Source: Nemertoderma westbladi (Eukaryota > Animalia > Xenacoelomorpha). From it: DNA of 36,031 bases. The notes beneath the pieces were generated by a model. It was not told where the DNA came from and did no database searches. It worked only from the letters and a program-made list of their open reading frames with translations. Each line of letters opens with the position of its first letter. The stretch's first letter is position 1. The stretch spans positions 1 to 36,031 of the forward strand of contig JAUCBJ010005420.1 in NCBI GenBank assembly GCA_032718475.1. Reading direction: 5' to 3'. Shown piece by piece: positions 10,957-21,928 of this stretch. The position numbers were made by a program, and so were the translations under genes.

Positions 10957-13197
10957 TTAACTGGAAAGATGCAAGTAGGTAGCAGTAGGTAGGTAGGTAG
11001 TGCAAGTAGGTTATGTTAAAGAATGAACATGATATGAATAGTAATGCATATGATGAATTTGTTTTACAAAAAAAGTTAAACTTTCGAAAACATAACACTC
11101 ACCCGTCTGATCAGCATTGTAGATGCCTCTGCTATAATAAGTCTTTAAGTAAATAGTAAAATAGTAAATAAGAAATTCAATATAACTGATACTGATATGT
11201 GTATCAGTAAACTTTGCTAATGACATTTTTTGTCATGTTTTTAATTTTTTTCAAACGTATCGTTAAGCTCCGAATGTAGCTACGATGCTGAAACTAGGCG
11301 CCAAAGTATAAATTATGTAATGGTCTTAAGTCTGTAAAGGGTGTTTGAAGTATGAAAATATGGTTGTAACACCTATTTTTTCAAAAAAAGTTAATTCAAT
11401 GTTAGAATCGAAATCACCGTATTACCGCTATTTTAACAAATAACAGTAACATATATATAATATTTACAGTTTTATACAGTTTTTCTGTAAAAATAAAATT
11501 ATATATTTCTGACTCTGTTCGACCGCTATTGTTGTACCCCCATTCGATAACGCAGCCCAGTGTGCCCTACTGTATGCATTTACAATGTTCTATGAATCTG
11601 GAACTGTTTCACCTTTCTTAACGCCACCTAGCGTTACTGTCTCGAATGTATTATTCTTTCAACAAAACCGGTTGACATTGAAGCAGGCTAACTTATTCTT
11701 CAACCGCCAGGAAAACCAGACAGAAACCTTCATAGATTAGAAATATAGTAATATGTCGGAACTGTGCTATATAATACACAATATAACCGCACAATATGTA
11801 ATATTACTACTAATAATAATTATACAAATAAATAATATTAAACGGAAGATAAACTGCATTATTATTTAAAAAATCTAACTTGTATATATTGTAAGGAGGT
11901 GACCCGCCATACACAGGAAAGGGACATATAAATACTTTGGAGGAGCATAGCAAAAAAAATATACTAAATCAAAATAGTAAGCAGAAAATAAACTGATAAG
12001 ATAAAACACCCGATTTAATTGTCAGTGCAGCATTAAATTAATTATTAAAGTAATAAAAAAATCAGTTACATCTCAGAAAATCGTGAATATATATAAATTA
12101 TGTACATCGACTTTACAGTAATATATATACTACTGCAATATCCTGCAGCTTAATATCATACAGCAATATCCTGTGGGAAAATCCTGTATGAATACCCAGC
12201 AGCAATACCTATGATTATCCTACAGCAAACAGTTTGTCGCTTTACAAATTCGCAATCTACATCACTCAGTATTATCTGCGTTGTGAATTTTATATGCTCT
12301 AGACCGATTTATTGTTTGTTTGTGAGGGTGGGTGGGTTGGTTGGTTCCGTTGCAGTGTTGGATAAATAATACAAGCAAAAAGAGAATCAAATTAAAGGCC
12401 TAACATTAGGTACCAATTAATTTAACCATTATAAATAAATATTGTATTATTAAGAAACATTATTTAGTGTGTACTAATAATGTCAAAATTATTAATTAAG
12501 GAAAATGGGCTGAGCAGGTTAGTGGCACGTTACACTAACAACCAAAAGAATTAACGAAAGTCAATAGCCAATATAGTCAATACGTTACAATTTAATATTT
12601 GTTGGTAAATCAATTGATATTTGAGTCGATATTCCCGTGAGATAGATGAAATTTTTGGTGGCGTCCAGAGTCCCCCATATCTCACGGAAGGGCCGGATGT
12701 GTTCAAATAACCGTCCATGTGTAGCTGTGGTAAATTATTAAAGGGATTAGTAATGGTAGTAGTATGGTACAACAGAAACACCAAAACCTCAATGAAACCA
12801 ATTTAAGTGATTAAAATTATAATATTATATCAATATCACGGTTCAAAGTTTACGTACCTCATTTCGGTAATTTAAAAAATAAATGACGCATTCAAGTTAT
12901 ATTCTGCTAAACTATATAATACAATATCTACTGCACTTCTAAGTGAATGTATAACTATAATTCAAGTGGATATTACAGAATCACCAATATTCTATTGACT
13001 CTATAAAAAACTACTTCATTAATAGCTGTGTTTGCAGTTTACTCTACAATATTGAATCGTACCTAAATCAAATTTACTAAGAACAAATTCTACTCTACAG
13101 GGGTGGGCACAGTTCTCAATTATTGGGAAATTTCCGGTTTATCATTTTATATAATTTTTATATCAACCTCCTTCATTCCCTATTTTGAGTCGAGGGA

Positions 13198-14212
13198 TAT
13201 TAAAGTCAATTTTTTTTAATTTGGCAGCAGCTTATTGTTGGACATAACTTCGCGAGTTTTGATCGTAGGGAGCTGATTTTGGGATCATCCTGTTCGGAAT
13301 ATAACGCTTTTATTAAAAGCCAATTCCAATTCCAATTTTATTACTTTATTATTTTTTCTTATTCAAAAACTCTGTAAATTTTTTTTTTCAAAATTGTGTT
13401 TTAACATTCAAGATTTCACACCAGTTTCCATAAGTTTTAATATAATTAATAAAATTTCCATAGCAACAGAGACCAGTTACCATACCATAGCAACAGAGAA
13501 CATGTGCTCCGCTCACGTTGATAAGGTAGAGTCGGCGTATCGGAAAGGAGATGGATTACACATAGAAACCCCAGAAATTAATCCAATCACTATCACTGTA
13601 GACGACAGTGCGGATGAGACAGATTAATAGTAATTTATTGTTGTTCGATAAGATATGATTGTTAGACTGATATTTTATAGTTCACATAAATACATTTATA
13701 TTTAACTTTTATCTTATAATATTATCTATAAAATCTACTTTTTTACTTCCATCAATAAAAAAAAGTAATATTATCACAATGGCCCGTCTGCCTGCCCAAA
13801 TGTAATAGGTTCCCTTGGAAATATTAACAATAATAATCTCACGTACTTTTATATCACAACTTTACGTTTCCAAAAATAGTTATTCCTGAAAACCAACGAT
13901 TTTGATGCATTTGAGACATAATTATTCCAATGCCGCAAAATTAAAACCACAAAACACACATTTTTGAAACCAGCAATTATGGATCCATTACAGTACAAAA
14001 TCTCGAATGTTGAAACACAATTTTGAAAATATGTATTTTTCATAGCAATTTTGAATTAGAAATAATAATAAGATTGGAATTGAATTGGAATAAATTCGTT
14101 ACATCAAAACAGAATGAGCCCAAAATCAGCTCTCTACGATGAAAACTCGCGAGGTTATGGCCAAAAATAAACTTAAAGCTGCCTAAATTAAAAAAATTTA
14201 TGGACTTTAGTG
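13198..14212. mobile_element. Decayed Tc1/mariner-like non-autonomous element with ~180-bp TIRs
   Basis: 13198-13375 is a diverged reverse complement of 14045-14212 (cataacttcgcgagttttgatcgtagggagctgattttggg vs cccaaaatcagctctctacgatgaaaactcgcgaggttatg); right end ggactttagtg followed by TA; left end eroded. Confidence 0.7.
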
Positions 14213-15379
14213 TATCAATCGGTATCTGGACTTAAAGCCATCGGAAAAAAAATCTGAAAACAAGCAACTGAATACAAAACAATATATGGCCGACCGTCAA
14301 CAACAATTACAAGAAGCAATAAAAGATAAATAGGCCAAACATATTGAGAAAAAACTTGTTATTATTTTTACAGGATGTTTTAAATAAAACCTCTTAATTA
14401 GCAACGGAATATTGTAACTAATAAATATAAGAAAAAGGTTGTAAGTTTTTTTACTTATTTACCGAATGAAATGGTGAAGATTATAAAGACATCAGTTAGT
14501 GTATTATTTGTAATGCAAAGGAAATATAAAACCCATGAAAACGTTTCTCTGATAGTGAATAATAGTACGTGACTGAGCGGTTAAATACAAAAACATAAAT
14601 ATATAATATTATTAACTGTTAAATACCCCGGCAATGTAATATTTAGCCGGAAAACACAAGTGGAATACCCATGAGACCTAATAAAACACAACTGATGTGA
14701 AATAATGAATGCAGATGTAATGATTCTAAGTGGGATTACTAACACACATCATAATGAGTAACAATGTTACTATCAATCATTAAATCAGAAGTAAAGTTCA
14801 AGAAGTTAAATACTTTAGAAATAAAAAAGGAAAACGGTTGCAAATCACTTTATTGCCTGCGTTAGAGTAGTACAATTTATATTGTTACTGCGGCTGGTCG
14901 CATTCTTTGTGGCAGTATGGGGCGATTACAGCGATGTAATCAAGGCCCTAACAACCCAACGACACCCTAGGTCATTACGTAATACTAGAGTGGCCCCGTA
15001 GACGTGGGTGACGTTGGACCGGTAGACCCCGCCACGGTCGCTAATCAATCCGGGGGAATTCAGTCGATACAGTTAATACAGGTATTAACTGTTTATTTCA
15101 ACTGTCAGTCACTCTTAAAATAATATGCTTAAGTTATAGGGATGTCCCGGAATTCCGTTCCGGTCGGAATTCCGGCTGTTTTTGCCCGATTCCGGTTCCG
15201 GCCGGAATTGCCGGAATGGGGTCAATTCCGGCCGGAATTTCACCGGAATTACCAGGTTCCTAAGTAGTTTGATAGCTGCAATTAGTTTGTTAAATTATTA
15301 TCAACATTTATATATTTTTTAAACATTATTACCAATTATATCGTTTAAGATACTTTTCAACACTTGTAAAAAAGTATAG

Positions 15380-15551
15380 TTTTCTCGACCGTTAGAGCTC
15401 TAACATTTAAGGATGAAAGGCATAGATGCCCCCTGGTTAGCCCCTTCAAACCATTCGTGTCGAATCGAAGACTGTCTTGGCCCACATGCAGGGATCGAAC
15501 CCACGACCTCCAGATAGATTGGAATTCAATGCAACCACTACACCAAGGTGG
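15380..15551 (-). mobile_element. tRNA-derived SINE fragment (tRNA-Gly(TCC)-like head)
   Basis: Minus strand: A box tggtgtagtgg (15535-15545), ttccaa loop, B box ggttcgatcc (15492-15501), then gcctttcatcctt...ggtcgagaaa, a motif shared with the SINE at 21041-21418. Confidence 0.65.
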
Positions 15552-15798
15552 AACCTAAATAACCTATGTAACAAGGGAAAATTCACAACCCCCCTGCATA
15601 GTTTATTAAAGTGAATGCAGTCTTGATGGGATGTAACACATTTCCAAAAAAAATTCACCTGGTAATCAAACTAAAATGGTACTACCATCTGTTACACCAC
15701 TTACTGTAGTATTCATATACAATTCATAACCGGTTTAATTTACATTAACTAATTAAACCCTTTGTCGTTCTGAAGATATTTTATGAAATGCATCATTA

Positions 15799-16050
15799 GG
15801 CCCGTGCTCCACTGGTAAGTCGTAAGTCGCTTAGTCAGAATGTCAAAATGAATGGCTCCTGGCTCCATTGGTAACACAAGTCATAAGTCAATTGATAAAA
15901 AATATAAGATGCGTGTCTCACATTTACTGCATATTTATACCCAAAGTAACCAATCGCAGGCATCTTGGCGGATATAACACATGATTCTTTGCCAAAAGAT
16001 GGAACATGTCTGACTAAGACTACATAAGACTTAGCAGTGGAGCACGGGCC
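15799..16050. mobile_element. MITE (252 bp) nested in the hAT element
   Basis: 16-bp perfect TIR ggcccgtgctccactg / cagtggagcacgggcc, extending imperfectly to ~45 bp; no clean TSD. Confidence 0.8.
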
Positions 16051-17746
16051 GTCAAGAGTGGTTTTTCTCAATTTGCTTATAAAATGACGTTTTTTAGATT
16101 GATTTTACATTACTTTACATTGATTTTTTTTACATTATTTTACATTGAATTTATAGTATTTACATTGATTTTATATTATTTTACTTTGAATTATTAATTA
16201 TGATAATATTATGATTGGTATAGTCCAACGTCGCATATAGGATTACCCCTAAAGATTTGCAGCTTATTTCCATGGGGGTCCTTTATGTTACTTGGTTACA
16301 AACAGTATTACACAATTACAATTACTACTCTAACCTAAATCTAATATAAAACGTTATTACAATACATACATGCATGTCACTGTAACATGCTCCTTTCCCT
16401 TAAAGACACCAGGATATTGCACCAAAGGACCTAATGACGCGAAATCATAGATTTTTGGTTAACGTAGGTTCTTAGGTATGAGTCTAAAGCCCAAAAACCT
16501 AACTTTTGGCGAAAGTTATAGATTTTAGAAAAAAATTATATTGAATTCCCAGTCGTTCAATGCCGAAGGACCATCCCGTCCCCATAATAGGCCATAACGG
16601 GCCAGGCTATTCTCCACTCCACCCACCTAAATTCCCCCAAGGTTCTGATTCATCTCATTATAGCAAACTTAGCTGTAGAAATTAAAAAAATCCATTTGGT
16701 TCACATAAAATTATAAAGATTCATGGGTCATTTAGTGTATTTCATTAATTATAGAAAATTCCGGTTCCGGCCGGAATTCCGGCCGGAATATTCCGGCATG
16801 TTAAATTCCGGTTCCGGTTCCGGCCGGAATCAAAATATCGATTCCGGGACATCCCTACGTTAAGTATAATATTTTTAATAGGCGCACATGAAACCAGTTA
16901 ATCTTAAATGATAAATTAAAGTATATGATGGTGGGTGAAGGAGGTACACAGGTAATAAATAATTCGGAGTTAAAAGTACTAAAAAGGTAAACAGGAAGCG
17001 CCCAAAGAAATCTATATTTGTCACCATGATGTAAAGTAGAATAGGTTATGTGCAAAGATAAGGTCTCATGGGTACATATTAGCACAACTGGAAGTGACAA
17101 CGTATAGTTGGCAATTCTTAACCATTAGGTCAGTGTCACACGATGGGCCTATCCTGGTAAAAGGTATATAGTTATGGGTATATAAAAGGTATATAGTACC
17201 GGTACGTAAATAAACAGCTTAAAAAGCAGCAAAAAGAGCCGAAAGAAATAATCTTCCAGCCTGCAGTATTATGGTACTACATAGCCTGCAGTAGGGCATT
17301 GTATGTTTATAGTAGTTCAGTACGTAGCAACGATTAGAGAAATTAAAACAAATATAGAAAAAAAAGGAATTAAATTCCATAAAAAAGAAACTGCTTCAAA
17401 ATATGAAACCATAAATAACAAACTGATAAATAATGTTACTTTATTCGGAAATTGAAATGATATAAACAACGAACTTTGAATGTATTTGAATAAGAAGTCA
17501 ATAAAATAGATATGCATATAATGGATCTAGGCCTATTTAAATTATCTATAGATCGCTAATTTTATAATTGATTTACAACGATGGTTGGTATTTTTTTTTG
17601 GATATCAGTTAAAACAATATTTTAGTAATTCGAGGAAATTTCAATTTCCGAATAAAATGTCGAACTCTCTAGTCATATAATCTAGCACTTTATAAGATTA
17701 CAAGACTTGAAGAGAATAGTTAGGCCTATTATAAAGGGCGGCTCTA

Positions 17747-19495
17747 TCAGCTACTATTAACTTCGGCTATGTAGGAAGTCGGTACGTAACCTTCTTCTAC
17801 ATTCCGCTCGTTCCTCCGTCTCACTTTAGTCCATCCGTCCCCCCGATCCTCCTCCAACACCCCCAGAACCTCGCCCTCGTCCATCGAGATACTCGCTTCG
17901 TTCATCGCGTTGAACGAGTACAACGCGCGACACGGACGCACCACCGACTGTGACGCGTCCTCATCGAGTTCGTTGTAAACGTCCTCGTCGTCGAAACTCG
18001 TCACGCTGTTGGGCGTGGGCGGGCACTCGCGGTGCCCGGGCGAGGGCGACAGCCGACTCGCGTTGGGCGTCGAGAAGGACAGCCGAACGCCCAGCGTGCG
18101 GGAGTCGGTCGCGTCGACGTGGGGCGACAACGCCGACGAGCTGCGGGACTTCCCGTTTGCCGCGCCGAAAGTCCCGTTATCGATCTGCTCGAGGATCGCC
18201 CGGTAGTTGTTCAACTCGAGTCGGAGTTTATCGATGGACTTCCCGTTGACTTGGAGTTGCGTCTCTACCGATGGGAGGTCCCCCATGGCGGGGTTGGCCG
18301 AGTAGATGCCGCGCATCTTTATCATGGCCTCGCGGGCCGAACTCTCCTGATGGAGTCGCGCTTGGACGTCAGAGATCCGGTCCTGAACGCGTCGTCTTTG
18401 CTGCGCCGGGCCGAGGTTTAACAACTCCGAACAGAAACTGTCGCGCTTCCCTTTATGGAGGAAGCTGAGGATGCGACGTCGTCGTCCGCTAATCGTCCCG
18501 CCTTTCTTCCCCTCCTTGGGGGTCGTCGCGGCGCGCTCGCGCCCCTCCCCGGAAGGGCCCGCCGCGTGGTTGGAGAGCCGTCGCGACGTCGCTCGAGTCA
18601 CCGTTAGGTCCTCGAACACGTACTCGGCGGGGGGCGGATGCCCCGACTTGTACCGCGAGATGACCAGTTCCGAATCGCGACGAGGACGGATCGAGTTGGC
18701 CGCGGACTCCATCCCGTCGAGACACTTGGAGACGATGGGAAGAACATTCCGCTGCGCCAAACTGAACGAGCGGTAAAACTCGCAAAGTTTCGTAACCTTA
18801 GTTTCGTCTAAATTCTGCAACAACCCTAAGAACTTTGGCATTAGTTTATAAATAGTTTCGCGTTGCAAAGTATTCGCGCTGCCTAACTGCGACGCATAGT
18901 CGCTCTTACATTCCTCCAGGATCTGGTTCCTACTGAACGCGTTTGAACGAGTTTTCTCGACCTCCGCTTTAGTTACATTCATCGCTTGATCCGCCCGTTC
19001 GAACAACTCGTTGGCTTTCTCAGCATCTTTACACGCTTTCTCAAAGTTCCGTTTAGACGTATCCAGAGCTTTCACGGCGGAGTTTAAATGCCATTGGGTT
19101 TCCCGCGCATCCTGTAAATATCGCTTCCTGTCCGCCTTTAACTCCGTGAGTAAGTTGTGCAACTGTTTGATACAGGAATCATTAAGATTATCGGCTATCG
19201 TCTCGTGTTGATTCGCGATATCATTTAGTTCGTTGAGAATATCGAGGAAAGCTTTACCCCAAGAAAATTCGCATTCGTTTTCTTTCTTTTTAAAGTTATA
19301 AGATTTCGTAAGTTTCTTAAGATTTGCCGCGTAGTCGATTTCAATTTTACAACGTTCCTTAACGAAACGACAGTATCGCTCCATAAACTCCAGCCCGGAG
19401 GCCGTGTGTTTGTCGATGTTCTCCAGTTGGTCCCACAACTCAGACCCCCATTCAACGTTGTTACTCTCCTGGGAATTCAGAGTTTCATCCGCCAT
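17747..19495 (-). CDS. FNBP1L: Formin-binding protein 1 / TOCA-1 / CIP4 family protein (F-BAR, HR1, SH3), 582 aa, intronless CDS
   Basis: F-BAR start WGSELWDQ...FVKERCKIEIDYA...QHETIA...YKSG; HR1 PAQQRRRVQ...YSANPAMGD; C-terminal SH3 CRALYSF...GDGWTKVRR...EGYVPTSYI. ATG at 19495 (MADET) preferred over 19588 because the extra 31 codons are AT-rich and non-homologous. The symbol denotes the family (co-orthologue of FNBP1/FNBP1L/TRIP10). Confidence 0.95.
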   Translation of the reverse strand: MADETLNSQESNNVEWGSELWDQLENIDKHTASGLEFMERYCRFVKERCKIEIDYAANLKKLTKSYNFKKKENECEFSWGKAFLDILNELNDIANQHETIADNLNDSCIKQLHNLLTELKADRKRYLQDARETQWHLNSAVKALDTSKRNFEKACKDAEKANELFERADQAMNVTKAEVEKTRSNAFSRNQILEECKSDYASQLGSANTLQRETIYKLMPKFLGLLQNLDETKVTKLCEFYRSFSLAQRNVLPIVSKCLDGMESAANSIRPRRDSELVISRYKSGHPPPAEYVFEDLTVTRATSRRLSNHAAGPSGEGRERAATTPKEGKKGGTISGRRRRILSFLHKGKRDSFCSELLNLGPAQQRRRVQDRISDVQARLHQESSAREAMIKMRGIYSANPAMGDLPSVETQLQVNGKSIDKLRLELNNYRAILEQIDNGTFGAANGKSRSSSALSPHVDATDSRTLGVRLSFSTPNASRLSPSPGHRECPPTPNSVTSFDDEDVYNELDEDASQSVVRPCRALYSFNAMNEASISMDEGEVLGVLEEDRGDGWTKVRRRNERNVEEGYVPTSYIAEVNSS

Positions 19496-19615
19496 ATTTA
19501 CCGGTATATAAATATTATTTAAATAATCTGATTTAGATTTAAGGTTATGGCATATGGTTGGTAATGTTATGCTATAGCATAGCAGCATAGGCCTATTGCT
19601 ATATATATATTCAGT

Positions 19616-19657
19616 GGTTCCAATGGTTCAGTGGTTGCATGTTCAAATCCTGGAATC
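19616..19657 (+). pseudogene. Internally deleted tRNA-like sequence (no anticodon arm)
   Basis: Acceptor-like ggttcca/tggaatc enclosing A box tggttcagtgg and B box gttcaaatcc only 6 bp apart. Confidence 0.4.
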
Positions 19658-20142
19658 ATGCGTCATGTCATGGTCTATGTCTATTGCAGCATTGTCTAAC
19701 CATAGTCCATAACCATTCAAAACTATGTTTAGTAAATTTTATCTTAAACCCTTGTGAAATTACTCGACGTGCATCTGCATAATGTGCACTGAAATGCCTT
19801 TATGACGCGATATTAATACTCTGCGGCAGGATTAAACTTTTAGTTAATTATATCAGTATATCTTCGAACTGTAAAGCGTACCGCATACCGGTACCGGTAC
19901 TTCAATTCATAGTATATATTCAGCCCAGGATCAATCTGTTAATCAGATTAGGGATTAGGCCTATGCATCCAACCACAGCCACCCGGAGACCAAAATTAAT
20001 CTAAAACATGGAAAGAACAGAAGGAGCTTTGTACATACGGTACTGACATTACAAATTATACATAATTAAAGTCTGCAAGGAAGGCCTGCTCGCTGCTTGG
20101 TTGGGCATGTGTTCCCTACTGCTGTACTGTCTGTTGTTAGTC

Positions 20143-21040
20143 ACATTGTTAACAAGCTGTTGAAACGTTTAATACTGTAATAGACCTTCGTGCAGCACGT
20201 TGGGTACTGAAACAATCTGTTGAAACGATTAAGATACCTTCATTCCTTCACGCAGTATGTGAGATACTGAAACAATCTGTTGAAACGTTTGAGACCTTCG
20301 CGCAGCATGTGGCGTACTGTAACATTGTGTAACAAGCTGTTGAAAAGTTTAAGAGACCTTCGCGCAGCACGTGGCGCACTGTAAGATTGTGTAACAAGCT
20401 TTTGAAACGTTTAAGAGACCTTCGCGCAGCACGTGGCGTACGCCAACAGCCAACATTGTGTAACAAACTGTTGAAACGTTTAAGAGACCTTCACGCAGCA
20501 CGTGGTATACTGTAACATTGCGTAACAAGCTGTTGAAACCCTTGAAACGTTTAAGATACCTTCACGCAGCAATTGGCATACTGTAACATTGTTAACAAGC
20601 TGTTGAATCATTTAAGAGACCTCCGCGCAGCATGTGAGATACTGAAACAATCTGTTGAAACGATTAAGATACCTGTACCTTTCTGCCTTAATGCAGTACC
20701 GGCAACCGGTATGTGAGATACTGAAACAATCCGTTGAAACTTTTAAGAGACCTTCGCGCAGCACGTAGCATACTGTAACATTGTGTAAGAAGCTGCTGAA
20801 ACGTTTAAGAGACCTTCGCACAGTACGTGATATACTTAAACAATAATTTGAAATGTTTAAGAGACCTTCGTGCAACACGTGGGGCAGTGGTGAGTGGGGT
20901 AGGTATTGTAACAATCTGTTGAAACGTTTAAGATACCTTCGCGCAGTATGTGAGATACTGAAACAATCTGTTGAAACGGTTCAAAGGCCTTCGCGCAGCA
21001 CATGAGATACTAAAACAATATATTGAAACGATTAAGAGGT
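20143..21040. repeat. Minisatellite, ~52-62-bp unit, about 15 copies, two unit variants
   Basis: Core ctgttgaaacgtttaagagaccttcgcgcagca recurs throughout; variant tails gtggcgtactgtaacattgtgtaacaag and tgtgagatactgaaacaat. Confidence 0.92.
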
Positions 21041-21418
21041 CTTATTTATTTACCATCATAGCTAACACCCCAATTCATGATATTGACTGATTGAATGGGT
21101 AATCTTTTTAGGCTCATTTCTGCATTTAGCCAGGAATGCCTGTTCACCACCACGCTGCCACGCATGATATTCTATAGTAAACCTCTTTGATTATGTTTTC
21201 CAAAGTTGCCTTGGTTCCCATTTATCAAACACTCACAAGGATGAAAGCTAGGGTTGGTCTGGTCTAGGCTGGAGCATTTAAAGCACTGTGCAGCTGTGCT
21301 CAAACAGTGCTGCCCCCGCAGCCCCGTGCACCGTGCACAAGCTGGCATGCCCCATCTAGATATCGAACCAGGGCTTCCTAATTGGAAGCCCATGAATGTC
21401 ACCAATAGACCAAGCTGC
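21041..21418 (-). mobile_element. Near full-length tRNA-derived SINE (~380 bp)
   Basis: Minus strand: A box tggtctattgg (21402-21412), cttccaa loop, B box ggttcgatatc (21359-21369), central accaaccctagctttcatccttgtgagtgtttgataaatgggaacc, tail taaataaataag. Confidence 0.72.
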
Positions 21419-21438
21419 TGCTTGGTCTAGGGTCTAGC

Positions 21439-21928
21439 CAGTCGGGGAGAAGTTATATTTTCAACTAAGTTGAAATTTCAACTTTAATTTTTAAAATTCA
21501 ACTTTTTATTAAAATTCAACTTTTGTAGTAGAGTTTAAAATTCAACTTTTGGAGTAGCTTTGGAGATACTGAAATATGGAATTGGAATCCATTAGGCCTA
21601 CTGGTACAGTGGTAGGCCTATTCCATTGTATAATAATTATGACAAACAGCGATAATTAAATATATCTTATAAATTCCCATAGTATTTCAGCTAATTTACA
21701 AATGTAATCACTTAAAATGTTTGTTTTTAAAAACGGTGAAAGTTTTTATTCCATCGGTAATGAGGGTTAATTTTTCGAGTTACATCGATAAAAACAATAA
21801 AAACACCCCTTATGTGACGTCTTGGGACCCTTCTGCGCCTCCTTCAATTTTAGAGTTGAATTTACAACTTAAAAGTTGAATTTTAAAAAAAGTTTTAAAT
21901 TTCAACTCAGTTGAAATTTGAACGACTG
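21439..21928. mobile_element. Non-autonomous DNA transposon with aaaattcaactt subterminal repeats
   Basis: cagtcg...cgactg termini; palindrome tttcaact[ac]agttgaaa near both ends; ttcaact repeats on the left and agttgaa repeats on the right; ctagc on both flanks (21434-21438, 21929-21933). Confidence 0.65.

Larger units (their letters stand above)
15137..16857. mobile_element. Non-autonomous hAT DNA transposon (~1.72 kb) with nested insertions
   Basis: 17-bp perfect TIR tagggatgtcccggaat / attccgggacatcccta; subterminal ttccgg/ccggaa arrays at both ends; flanks (cttaagtta / cgttaagta) only an imperfect TSD. Confidence 0.85.

Noticed and set aside
11621-11634. CTCF-like motif cgccacctagcg
   Set aside because: Single imperfect short match, common in invertebrate repeats; no supporting context.
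12551-12784. Short ORF or exon with a 10-bp stem (ccgtgagata/tatctcacgg)
   Set aside because: No recognisable protein in any frame; isolated hairpin compatible with repeat debris.
15481-15551. Functional tRNA-Gly gene (also 21350-21418)
   Set aside because: Acceptor and anticodon stems do not pair properly and both continue into SINE body sequence.
17950-19455. Overlapping antisense and alternate-frame ORFs within the F-BAR gene
   Set aside because: Expected shadow ORFs in GC-rich coding DNA; no independent motifs.
19496-19588. 31-aa N-terminal extension of the F-BAR ORF
   Set aside because: Very AT-rich, no homology to the family; the MADET start sits just before the conserved WG.ELWDQ motif.
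20143-21040. CRISPR-like regular repeats and the small ORFs over them
   Set aside because: Intervening sequences are themselves repeated rather than unique spacers, there are no cas genes, and the context is eukaryotic; the ORFs are by-products of the repeat.
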